NCBI GenBank assembly: GCA_038890615.1
Contig: JAWAFI010000003.1
Location: 1 to 64,000, forward strand
From: Candidatus Anstonellales archaeon
Lineage (GTDB): Archaea; Micrarchaeota; Micrarchaeia; Anstonellales; J096
Length of the DNA: 64,000 nt
Direction: 5' to 3'
Shown here: piece after piece, positions 9,383 through 19,794 of the stretch
Numbering within the stretch: the stretch's first letter is position 1
Layout: each line of letters starts with the position of its first letter
Made by a program: the position numbers and the translations under genes
Notes under the pieces: generated by a model
Databases searched by the model: none
What the model saw: the letters and a program-made list of their open reading frames with translations, nothing else
Told to the model about the DNA's origin: nothing

Positions 9383-11017
9383 ATGCCCTTGATGGAGACA
9401 AAGAGGCCAAATATTATAGACTCAAAGACATACTACCATATAGGCAACGAGTATTATGATAGAGGTGACTATGAGAAAGCCATAGAGAACTACAACATGG
9501 CAATATTGCTTAACCCGCTTTTCTCAGAAGCATACTTCAACAGGGCGCTTTCTTATTACCACTTAAAGAACTATGACAAAGGCATAGCTGACTACGGGAA
9601 GTGCGCAGAGCTTGACCCAAAGAACCCAATAATATACAACAACAGGGGAGATGCATACTACAGGAAAGGAGACTATGCTTCTGCCATAAAGGATTATGAC
9701 AAGGCGATCTCCCTTAACCCGAATTACATGAAGGCTTTCTACAACAGGGGGCTTTCCTATGCTTCATTAGAGGATTACGACAATGCAGTAAAGGATTTCG
9801 GAAGGGTAATAGAGCTTAAGCCTGACTTTGTTGAAGCGTACCATTTAAGAGGATTAGCCTATGAGTACGCTGGCGATTTGGACAATGCCATTGCGCATTT
9901 TGAAAAGGCGCTTAGCCTAAACCCTGGGTTCACTGATGCAAAGATACACCTTGATGATGTAAAATCAAAGAAAGAGACATCAGGAGGGGGGAAAGAAGGG
10001 ACTGCTGACATAAAGCTTCTTCAAAAGCCAAAGCTAAAGTTCGAGGATGTGGCAGGAATGGAAAAGCTTAAAGAGGAAATAAGAGAAGCAATAGTATACC
10101 CCTTGCTAAAGCCAGAGCTTGCCACAAAGTACGGAAAAATGGCAGGAGGTGGAATCCTCATGTATGGGCCTCCTGGATGCGGAAAAACTTATATAGTCAA
10201 GGCAGCAGCAGGGGAGTGCCAGGCTAATTTCATCAACGCAAAGCTTTCTGACTTGCTGGACATGTATGTTGGAAATACAGAGAAGAATATACACAAGGTT
10301 TTCGAGCTTGCTAGGAAGAACGCGCCGTGCATTATATTCTTTGACGAAGTTGATGCCATAGGAGGCAGAAGGGACCAGCAGGAAGGCCAGCAGTACATGA
10401 AAATGGCTGTAAACCAGTTGCTTTATGAAATGGACGGCATTGAAGCAAACAACCAGGCAGTGCTTGTTATCGCTGCAACTAACGCCCCTTGGGATGTTGA
10501 CCCTGCGCTTAGGAGGAGCGGAAGGTTCAGCAAAACCCTTTATGTTCCTGAGCCTGACTTGAAGTCAAGGATGGAGATAATAAAGCTCCATAGCAAGAAA
10601 AGGCCTTTGGCAGGGCCATTGCCGCTTTTCAAGCTTGGGCTTGCAACCTTAGGATACGCTGCTGCAGACCTGAAAGAAGTGGTAGAAGAGGCAGCTTCAA
10701 TACCATGGAGGGAAGCTTTGAAAACAGGGAAAGAGAGGAAGGTAACTGCAGCAGACTATGTGGCTGCAGTAAGGAAAAAGAAGTCATCATTGCCTCCCTG
10801 GTTTGAACAAGCAAAGAAGCAAATAGGCAAGCAAGAAGAAGTGACTATAATAGATGGAAAGGAGCACAAGAAAGTAACCGACAGCAAGATGGGGCCTGGC
10901 GAAAAGGAGGCATTCAAGGACCTTCTTAATGTCATCAACACAAGGAACCAGTGGTGGTGGAAAATAGCAGTAACTGTATTCAGGGAAATAGTGCTAATCC
11001 TTCCTATTCCATTCTAG
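9383..11017 (+). CDS. TPR-repeat plus single classic-clade AAA ATPase (CDC48/Vps4-like)
   Basis: About five canonical TPRs; FEDVAG, GPPGCGKT, pore loop MYVG, IIFFDEVD, AATNAPWDVDPALRRSGRF. Confidence 0.9.
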   Translation: MPLMETKRPNIIDSKTYYHIGNEYYDRGDYEKAIENYNMAILLNPLFSEAYFNRALSYYHLKNYDKGIADYGKCAELDPKNPIIYNNRGDAYYRKGDYASAIKDYDKAISLNPNYMKAFYNRGLSYASLEDYDNAVKDFGRVIELKPDFVEAYHLRGLAYEYAGDLDNAIAHFEKALSLNPGFTDAKIHLDDVKSKKETSGGGKEGTADIKLLQKPKLKFEDVAGMEKLKEEIREAIVYPLLKPELATKYGKMAGGGILMYGPPGCGKTYIVKAAAGECQANFINAKLSDLLDMYVGNTEKNIHKVFELARKNAPCIIFFDEVDAIGGRRDQQEGQQYMKMAVNQLLYEMDGIEANNQAVLVIAATNAPWDVDPALRRSGRFSKTLYVPEPDLKSRMEIIKLHSKKRPLAGPLPLFKLGLATLGYAAADLKEVVEEAASIPWREALKTGKERKVTAADYVAAVRKKKSSLPPWFEQAKKQIGKQEEVTIIDGKEHKKVTDSKMGPGEKEAFKDLLNVINTRNQWWWKIAVTVFREIVLILPIPF

Positions 11018-11070
11018 ATGATGAGCACCGGATTGCCTGAGGCAACTATGATGATACCCTTGAGTGCTGA
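11018..11070 (+). ncRNA. C/D box guide sRNA
   Basis: ATGATGA (11018-24), 12 nt, CTGA (11037-40), ATGATGA (11048-54), 12 nt, CTGA (11067-70); fills the intergenic gap. Confidence 0.88.
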
Positions 11071-11073
11071 AGC

Positions 11074-12720
11074 ATGATAAGGATAGCAGTTGTTGACAGA
11101 ACTCTTTGCACTAGGGAAAGGTGTGGCTACCAATGCATGAAAGCATGCCCTATAAACAGGATGGGAAAGGCATGCATAGAAAAAGATGAGAGCGGCTTTC
11201 CAACCATTAGCGAGAATCTCTGCATAGGCTGCGGAATATGCCCTAAAAAGTGCCCTGTGGACGCCATAACAATAATAAACTTAGTGAATGAGGAAGGAGT
11301 GCCTGTTTACCAATACGGCCCAAATTCATTTAGGATCTATTCATTGCCACTGCCGAAGGAAGGAATTTGCTCATTTGTAGGGAGGAATGGGCTCGGCAAG
11401 ACAACTGCACTAAAGCTCCTTACAGGGCAGCTTAAGGTGCAGAACCCTCCAAAGAAGGAGGTTGAATACTTCATTGAAAAAAGGGCAAAAAGCAGCATAA
11501 AGCCCCAGAACATTGAGGCAATGAGGGAGTATGACCTTACTGTAAGGCAGCTTCTCCAGGAATACTCAAAAGAGATTGATGAAGTTGTAAGGAAGATGAA
11601 GCTTGAAGCGGTTTTGGACAGGAAGCTCAATGTGCTGAGCGGAGGCGAGCTTCAAAGGGCTGCAATAGCAACTGCAATGCTAAATGAAAGCTCCATATAT
11701 TATTTTGACGAGATAAGCAATTTCCAAGACATGGAGGAAAGGCTAAATAGCGCAATCCAGATAAGGGAATTTGCAGAGGGAAAAATGGTTGTGGCAGTAG
11801 AGCACGATTTGGCAGTTTTGGACTACCTTACTGATTATGTCTACATATTTTACGGAGAGCCAAAGGCTTATGCATTCGTTTCAGGGGCAAAAGGCAAGGG
11901 CGAGGGCATAAACCAGTACATGAATGGCTTTCTCAAGGAGGAGAACATAAAGTTTAGGGAGCCCCTTAACATAGAGCCGCCCCTTTCTGGCTCATTGGCA
12001 AGCAAGCAGAAGATAGCTGAATACCCTGATGGAAGATTAAATGCTGGTGAATTCTCCCTTACATGGAAGGGAGGTGCAATTATGGGAAGCGAAATAATAG
12101 GCATTGTGGGCAAAAACGGGCTTGGAAAGTCGCTTTTTGTGGACAACCTTGCCAAAACGCTTGACAAGAAGGTTGCTTACAAGAAGCAGTACCCAGACAG
12201 GTTTCCAGGCACTGTGAATGAGCTATTTAAGGGAAAGGATGAGAAGGAGGTTAATGCTGCCTTCAAGCTGCTTGGGCTTGAAAGGATAAGGGAGGCGGAG
12301 ATTGCAAACCTCAGCGGAGGGGAGATGCAGCTGGTTGACATCGCAAGGGTAATGACTGATAAGGCAGACATATACATACTTGACGAGCCAACTGCTTACC
12401 TTGACATAGAAAACCGGCTCACAGTCAGCAAGTCAATAAGGAGGATAGTTGAAAATTCGGAAAATAAGGCAGTGGTTGTGGTTGACCACGACATAGTTTT
12501 CCTAAACTCCATATCATCAAGGGCAATAAGGTTTTATGGAATTCCAGGGGAAGAAGGGCACTGCACTGCCCCTCAGGAGCCAAAAGAAGCGATAAATGAT
12601 TTCCTAAAATCCATAAATGTTACTATAAGGAAGGATTTCGAGACAAAAAGGCCAAAGGTAAACAAGCCAGGAAGCACAATTGACAAAAAGCAAAGGGAAG
12701 AAGGAAGGTACTTTGCTTAG
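11074..12720 (+). CDS. rli: ABCE1/RLI ribosome recycling factor
   Basis: N-terminal FeS cysteines (CIGCGICPKKCP), YGPNSF, two ABC cassettes, C-terminal RPKVNKPGS. Confidence 0.95.
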   Translation: MIRIAVVDRTLCTRERCGYQCMKACPINRMGKACIEKDESGFPTISENLCIGCGICPKKCPVDAITIINLVNEEGVPVYQYGPNSFRIYSLPLPKEGICSFVGRNGLGKTTALKLLTGQLKVQNPPKKEVEYFIEKRAKSSIKPQNIEAMREYDLTVRQLLQEYSKEIDEVVRKMKLEAVLDRKLNVLSGGELQRAAIATAMLNESSIYYFDEISNFQDMEERLNSAIQIREFAEGKMVVAVEHDLAVLDYLTDYVYIFYGEPKAYAFVSGAKGKGEGINQYMNGFLKEENIKFREPLNIEPPLSGSLASKQKIAEYPDGRLNAGEFSLTWKGGAIMGSEIIGIVGKNGLGKSLFVDNLAKTLDKKVAYKKQYPDRFPGTVNELFKGKDEKEVNAAFKLLGLERIREAEIANLSGGEMQLVDIARVMTDKADIYILDEPTAYLDIENRLTVSKSIRRIVENSENKAVVVVDHDIVFLNSISSRAIRFYGIPGEEGHCTAPQEPKEAINDFLKSINVTIRKDFETKRPKVNKPGSTIDKKQREEGRYFA

Positions 12721-13664
12721 CCCTTCCTCTTTATGACCATTTCAGCAGCTTCTTTCATGTAATCCTTGTAGCCGCAATTCATAAGGTCCACGCATTTCAT
12801 TGCCTCATCTATTATCCGCTTCTCTGCTGAGATCGCATAATCAATGGAGCCGCTTTCATTAAGCAAACTTATGATGCTTTTTATGTCTTCTTGGGTTTTC
12901 TGCTTCTTTCGCATCATTTCCACAAGCTCAGCATGCCCATTGGATATCGCATGGATCAGCATGAGCGTCCTTTTCCCTTCTTGCAGATCCCCCCCTATCT
13001 CCTTCTTGTAGTCCTCAAATTCCCCAATAAGGTTTAGCACATCATCGTGGATTTGGAATGCAAGCCCAAGGTTCCTGCCGAATTTTGCTGCAAGCTCCGC
13101 CTCCTTTAGCGGCGCGTTTGCCACCAAGCATCCACATTCGCAGGAGGCCTCTATTAGCGCAGCTGTCTTGTTTCCAATCATCTCCATATATTCCTGCTCA
13201 GTTACATCCCATCTGTCTTCTCCGATCCACCTAAGCTCATCATCCTGCCCTTTTGCAACGCTGAGAAAGGCATCAAAGAGCCTTTTTGCAATCCTTGGGT
13301 CCTTGCCTACCAGCTTCTGCCCCACTAGCGTGTAAAGCAGATCTCCGTAATTTATTGCCCTGCCTATTCCGTAAATCCTGTGCACTGTCGGCTTGCCCCT
13401 CCTCATCTCTGAAGAATCCTCTATGTCATCATGGAGAAGCGTAAAGTTGTGGAACATCTCAAGCGCAGCAGCATACTCAATAGATTCCTCTTCATCCCCC
13501 CCATATGCCTTCGTGAATAGGAAAAAAAGCGCAGGCCTGAACCTCTTGCCGCCCCTTGACAGGAATTCCCTTATTGGCTCGTACCTCTTTTCATTAGGCA
13601 AGCTCCTGTCTATCTCAGCATCAACCAGCTTTGCGCTATGCTCTAAAAATTCCTTAAAGGCCAT
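12717..13664 (-). CDS. idsA: Polyprenyl diphosphate synthase (GGPP synthase-like)
   Basis: GGKRFRP, LLHDDIED..RRG, KTA, FQIHDD, GDLQEGK. Confidence 0.9.
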   Translation of the reverse strand: MAFKEFLEHSAKLVDAEIDRSLPNEKRYEPIREFLSRGGKRFRPALFFLFTKAYGGDEEESIEYAAALEMFHNFTLLHDDIEDSSEMRRGKPTVHRIYGIGRAINYGDLLYTLVGQKLVGKDPRIAKRLFDAFLSVAKGQDDELRWIGEDRWDVTEQEYMEMIGNKTAALIEASCECGCLVANAPLKEAELAAKFGRNLGLAFQIHDDVLNLIGEFEDYKKEIGGDLQEGKRTLMLIHAISNGHAELVEMMRKKQKTQEDIKSIISLLNESGSIDYAISAEKRIIDEAMKCVDLMNCGYKDYMKEAAEMVIKRKG

Positions 13665-13667
13665 AGG

Positions 13668-13937
13668 CTACTTTGTTTGAGAATACTTTAAACCCTTTCG
13701 GTGCCCGCATTTGTGGCAAACCAAAAATGGCTTTCCTTTTATAATTCTCACTTTTGCACTGTCAGTTAAGGAGAGGCACTTCTTGCAGAACTGCTTGCTT
13801 AATTCAGGAGGCAGCCTTACCCTGTGCTTTAGGCAAAGCTCCCACGCCAGCGACACATAGCGCTGTTCCATATCCCTTCTTTTCCTTGCCTCTGAAAGCA
13901 GCTTCCTTACCCTTTCAATTACAATCTCCCTTATCAA
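13668..13937 (-). CDS. rnp4: RNase P protein component 4 (Rpp21)
   Basis: IERVRKLL...RYVSLAWEL..KHRVRLP...FCKKC...CHKCG. Confidence 0.85.
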   Translation of the reverse strand: MIREIVIERVRKLLSEARKRRDMEQRYVSLAWELCLKHRVRLPPELSKQFCKKCLSLTDSAKVRIIKGKPFLVCHKCGHRKGLKYSQTK

Positions 13938-14953
13938 TCAATCAGCCCTTTCCCTGACTTGAACTGCTCCACTTTTTTGATTGTTTTTGTGTAAAGCTTG
14001 TCAAAAGTAATAGCAAAACCTTTTGCTGTTTTTTCCCTGCTTTTCTCAACAACCTTTACTTCTTTTATATTCTTCCTTATCCTGTTCCACACTTCTTCTG
14101 AGCTTACCTCTATGCTAAAGGTTTCCTTTGCCGCCCCAGGGTTTTCAAGCACCTGCTTTATTCCAGAGAAGTAGCTTCTCGCCCCTTCGCTTAAGTATTT
14201 ATCAGCATCAAGGCCCATCTCCTTGGCAAAAAGGTATGCCCTGCTAAGCTTCTGTATATAAAAGTTTTGGGGCATGTCAAAAAAGAGCTTTGCGCTTTTT
14301 GCTAGCTGAGATATAGAGGAGGATGCAGTAACATATTTTGCCCTATCTTCCCCTTTCATCACTATCCCTTCCTTCCCCATCCTGTCAAGCTTTATCATAA
14401 GCTTCTTCAAGCCTTCAATATTATTTGGGTTGAATTGGCCATAAATAGGCACGCTTTCAGCGCCGTATTTTTCAACTACCTTAACCCTCTCCCCTGTTGG
14501 CATCATTTCTTTCCCTTTTGCTATGTCAAATATGCTGAAGTGGACCTCTTTTTTGGGTGAAGTTGTATGCGGGGTCCTTCCAGTGACTTCGCAGCAAACC
14601 ATACCCTCCTTCTTGGCAATCTCCAAAATATTTTGACCCACCCTGTCATAGGCAAACCAATCTACGAAGCCACCTCTTGAAAGCGCAAGAAAATTGTTTT
14701 TTACCCAAACTATTCTTACGTTGTAGCCGTCTACCTTTTCCTCAACCCAAAAGGGCTTTTTGAAATAGCGCTTTACGCCCTTTTCAAGGGCCATTATCCT
14801 CTTTATATGAGGGTAGGGCTCTATTACAATATCCTTTGCTATTACAGTGCCCCTTTCATATCCATGTATAGGCTTTTCCACACGAAAATGCTCCAGTGGC
14901 TCTTCCTCGTAAATTACCTTGCCTTCCTCCACAGCATCTTCGTACCAAGCCAT
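13934..14953 (-). CDS. ATP-dependent RNA ligase, Pab1020/Rnl3 family
   Basis: YPHIKRI, motif I EEKVDGYNVR, SRGG, FDI, EGIVMK, KYVT. Confidence 0.88.
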   Translation of the reverse strand: MAWYEDAVEEGKVIYEEEPLEHFRVEKPIHGYERGTVIAKDIVIEPYPHIKRIMALEKGVKRYFKKPFWVEEKVDGYNVRIVWVKNNFLALSRGGFVDWFAYDRVGQNILEIAKKEGMVCCEVTGRTPHTTSPKKEVHFSIFDIAKGKEMMPTGERVKVVEKYGAESVPIYGQFNPNNIEGLKKLMIKLDRMGKEGIVMKGEDRAKYVTASSSISQLAKSAKLFFDMPQNFYIQKLSRAYLFAKEMGLDADKYLSEGARSYFSGIKQVLENPGAAKETFSIEVSSEEVWNRIRKNIKEVKVVEKSREKTAKGFAITFDKLYTKTIKKVEQFKSGKGLID

Positions 14954-15019
14954 AATAGAGTAAGGGGTTGGATTAAAAAGCTAATTGCGATATGCTTAAA
15001 ATCAGAAGCAGGAGGTATT

Positions 15020-15916
15020 ATGGTGCCAAAAGGAATATTAGACACAATAGGCAATACCCCTATGATAAAAATTGGGGAAATCTACGCAAAGCTTGAGGCA
15101 GCAAACCCTAGCGGAAGCATAAAGGACAGGATGGCTTGGCACATGGTAAAAAAAGCTGAAAAGCAGGGCAAGCTGAAAAAAGGAATGCATATAATAGAGG
15201 CAACAAGCGGCAATACAGGCATCTCTTTTGCAATGATATCCGCAGCAAGAGGCTATAAGTTCACTGCAGTCATGCCTGAATCAATGAGCATGGAAAGGAC
15301 AAGGATGATGAAGGCATTTGGGGCAGATGTAATCCTCACCCCTGCAGAAGAGGATATGGCAGGGGCTGTAAAAAGGTGCTTGGAGATTGCAAAGAAGCTT
15401 AAGAATGTATGGCTGCCTTCCCAGTTTGAAAATCCTGACAACCCAGAATCATTTAGGTTGGGGCTTGGTAAGGAAATACTTGCGCAAATGCCGAATATAG
15501 ATGCATTTGTAGCAGGGGTTGGGACAGGAGGGACACTTATAGGGGCGGCGCAGGCGCTTAAGAAAAAGCGCCCGAGCGTAAGGATTATTGCAGTGGAGCC
15601 AAGGGAAAGCGCACTGCTTTCAGGGGGAAAGCCAGGCCTGCATGAAATAGAGGGCATAGGAGAAGGTTTCATTCCTGAAATTGTGAGCAAGAACATTGGG
15701 CTCATAGATGAGGTCATTAGGGTAAGCAGCAGGGAAGCAATAATAGAGAGAGATAGATTGGCAAAAGAGGAAGGCATCTTTGTTGGCACTAGCTCTGGAG
15801 CAAATGTTTTAGCAGCCAAAAAGGTTGCTAAGAGATTAAGAAATGTTGTGACTGTGCTTCCTGACAGGGGAGAAAGGTATTTGAGCGTGATGCAGCAAAA
15901 GGTATTTAAACAATAG
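15020..15916 (+). CDS. cysK: Cysteine synthase (PLP-dependent, CysK/CysM family)
   Basis: IGNTPM, KLEAANPSGSIKDR, ATSGNTG, GVGTGGT, PDRGERYLS; GGAGG SD before ATG 15020. Confidence 0.92.
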   Translation: MVPKGILDTIGNTPMIKIGEIYAKLEAANPSGSIKDRMAWHMVKKAEKQGKLKKGMHIIEATSGNTGISFAMISAARGYKFTAVMPESMSMERTRMMKAFGADVILTPAEEDMAGAVKRCLEIAKKLKNVWLPSQFENPDNPESFRLGLGKEILAQMPNIDAFVAGVGTGGTLIGAAQALKKKRPSVRIIAVEPRESALLSGGKPGLHEIEGIGEGFIPEIVSKNIGLIDEVIRVSSREAIIERDRLAKEEGIFVGTSSGANVLAAKKVAKRLRNVVTVLPDRGERYLSVMQQKVFKQ

Positions 15917-15934
15917 TGGAAGAGAATAATATGT

Positions 15935-16337
15935 ATGGATGAAAAAGGAAGCGCCCAAGCACAGAAATACATAAGCCAGCTAATAAAGGAGAAAATGGAG
16001 CTTCTTGGATTGCTAAGGAACCTTCCGGCAGATCCTGCTGAATGCAGCAGAATAATAAGCGGGGCAATAAAATTGGCACTGAAAACCGGGGACGAAAAGT
16101 TCAGAAGATCAGTTGAAGATGCGCTTTGTTCAATAATTCTAAAGGGATGATATTGTGCCTGCTTACTCATTGAGCATAAGGAAAATGGCCCTTGAAGCGC
16201 TTTTATCACTCAATCCCCCAAAGGCGATAACAGAGGTTTATCCTTTCCTAAGCAAGACCAAGGAAGATGATGTTGTGCTAAGGGGGATTATAGAGAAGTA
16301 TGCCACGAGCAGCAAAAACAAGGTAGTAAAGGCATGA
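15935..16337 (+). pseudogene. Helical HEAT-like protein split by a +1 frameshift (ORFs 15935..16150 and 16143/16155..16337)
   Basis: Removing one base of AAAGGG (16141-46) joins the ORFs: ...EDALCSIILKDDIVPAYSLSIRKMALEALLSL... Confidence 0.5.
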
Positions 16338-16342
16338 ATAAT

Positions 16343-16861
16343 TTATCGCAGGAACTTGGAAAATGAGCTTCTTTCCTCCCATTTTTTAATGTCTATAAAG
16401 CCAAAGAAGCCCCTTTTGCTGAAGCCCCAGCCAATAATCCTTTTCCCTTTTAGCTCTGCTTGGTTTTGTAAGTAAATATCTTCACTAACCAATACATCGC
16501 GGAATGGGCTTTCATAGAAGGAAAGGCGCATATCTGCAACAAGCAAATCCAAGTCAAGGCCGTAAAAATCAAACCCTTCGCCAACAACGCACCTTGCCTC
16601 AACCTTTTGTAGCTTCTCTGCAATTTCCTTCTTCTGCACCTCAACCTGAATATGCGTTATATAAGTTGAAGCATCGTAAACATCTAAGTTTTTTGCCCTT
16701 CCTTGCCCAATGTCCTTGTCTACTATGTGAATAAGCTCAAAATGCTTCCCAAGGGACTTTATGGCTGCCACTGCATTGCCAAGATAAGAAGGAATTGGCG
16801 AGAAGGTGTAGGCCTTCTTCTCCTTAATGGAGATCACAGGTATTTCTAACGTCATCTTCAA
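16343..16861 (-). CDS. Truncated, degenerate HisA/HisF-like TIM-barrel protein
   Basis: IPVISIKEKKA, IHIVDKD and HIQVE echo HisA IPAIDL, LHxVDLD and IQVGGG; only 172 aa. Confidence 0.45.
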   Translation of the reverse strand: MKMTLEIPVISIKEKKAYTFSPIPSYLGNAVAAIKSLGKHFELIHIVDKDIGQGRAKNLDVYDASTYITHIQVEVQKKEIAEKLQKVEARCVVGEGFDFYGLDLDLLVADMRLSFYESPFRDVLVSEDIYLQNQAELKGKRIIGWGFSKRGFFGFIDIKKWEERSSFSKFLR

Positions 16862-18020
16862 CTTCTGAATTCTTCACTTCCCTTTCCTTGCCGTCCTTCA
16901 TGCTCTTCACCCTCACCACTCCTCTTGAAAGCTCGTCCTTGCCCACTATAAGTATAATGTCAAAGCCCATAGCATCAGCATATTCCATCTGCTTTCCTAT
17001 CTTTCTTTCCATTAAGTCTATGTCGACAATGCAGTTGCATTTCGCCCTTACCCTCTCAGCAATTTCAAAAGCCTCTTTATAGAGCCCCTCAAAAACAACC
17101 ACATATACCTTTTTCTTTTTTGGCACTTCTTTGATTAGGTTGGTTATCCTGCTTATGCCAAATGAAATGCCAACAGCTGGCTGTGAAGGCCCAAAAAGTG
17201 AAACAAGCCCATCATAGCGCCCTCCCCCTCCAATAGTGACCCCTTGTGCCCTTATCTCAAAAACAGGGCCAGTATAATATGCCAATCCCCTTACTAAGAA
17301 CGGGTCAAATTTAACAATGGGCGGGCAGAAAGAAAGTATTTCCTTCAGCTCCTTTGCTGCTTCTTCATCAAACTTTGCAAAATTCTCCAATGAAGAATCA
17401 CCTGAAAGCGAAGAAAAAAGCTTAGCTCCTTTCTCACCGAATTTTTCTGAAAGCATGCTTCCAACAGCGTCCTTGCCAACCTTGTCAACTTTGTCAAGTA
17501 TGCGCATTGCCTCTGCCTTCTCTTCTTCCCCAAAATCAAGGAGCAGTGAGTTTACCAGCTTCCTTGAGTTTATTGCTATTTCGCCTTCAAGCCCAAGCTT
17601 TTCCAGAGCCCTTGAAGCCATGTTTAGAAGCTCTATTTCGCACCTTATTGAGCTGCTTCCAACTATGTCTGCGTCTGCCTGAATGAACTCCCTGTACCTG
17701 TTCTTTTGGGGCTCTTCCTTTCTCCACGCCTTGTCTATCTGGTATCTCTTGAATGGCAAAGGGATAGAAGTCGAAGAAACGTAGCGGGCAAGAGGAACAG
17801 TTAGGTCATATCTCAAAGCATATTCATCCTCAACCTTAAACATCTGGCCTGCTATCTCTTCCCCTGCCTTCCTGCTGAGCACTTCTGCCATTTCAACAGC
17901 AGGCGTGTCTAATGGCAAAAAGCCATATGACTTGAAGACCTCCCTTAAGCTGGTTATTATGTACTCCTGCTTTTCAGCCTCTTCAGGTGGGATGTCCCTG
18001 AAGCCCTTTGGAAGATCCAT
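16824..18020 (-). CDS. hisS: Histidine--tRNA ligase
   Basis: PKGFRD, LRYDLTVPLAR, RYREFIQADAD, LVRGLAYYTG, GGGRYD, C-terminal anticodon-binding domain. Confidence 0.96.
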   Translation of the reverse strand: MDLPKGFRDIPPEEAEKQEYIITSLREVFKSYGFLPLDTPAVEMAEVLSRKAGEEIAGQMFKVEDEYALRYDLTVPLARYVSSTSIPLPFKRYQIDKAWRKEEPQKNRYREFIQADADIVGSSSIRCEIELLNMASRALEKLGLEGEIAINSRKLVNSLLLDFGEEEKAEAMRILDKVDKVGKDAVGSMLSEKFGEKGAKLFSSLSGDSSLENFAKFDEEAAKELKEILSFCPPIVKFDPFLVRGLAYYTGPVFEIRAQGVTIGGGGRYDGLVSLFGPSQPAVGISFGISRITNLIKEVPKKKKVYVVVFEGLYKEAFEIAERVRAKCNCIVDIDLMERKIGKQMEYADAMGFDIILIVGKDELSRGVVRVKSMKDGKEREVKNSEVEDDVRNTCDLH

Positions 18021-18066
18021 AGCTAACGCTATAGGAATCCCATTTTAAAAAAGTTTGCGGAACAGG

Positions 18067-19627
<1,561 letters not shown>

Positions 19628-19685
19628 TCCGCTATCTGCGAATTTCCACTAACAATGTTACAAGGTAGTATTGTGATGGAAGGAG

Positions 19686-19700
19686 TTTTTAAAGCTTTCG
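19686..19700 (-). promoter_or_regulatory. Putative BRE/TATA promoter of the 16S gene
   Basis: Minus-strand CGAAAGC-TTTAAAAA about 60 nt upstream of the processing stem. Confidence 0.5.
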
Positions 19701-19794
19701 CCTTCTCCCGTAGAATCACTATATCTTTCGATTGTTTTCCTCAATTCATTTTCTAAACCCATAAATTTTTTAATTAAGCCACACAAATTATATA

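Noticed and set aside
14807..15019. N-terminal extensions in the ORF track (cysK, HAD, glmS, gltX, rps2, dph5, wHTH, 39398 ORF)
   Set aside because: They overlap tRNAs or neighbouring genes; the downstream starts fit family N-termini (for example MCG for GlmS)
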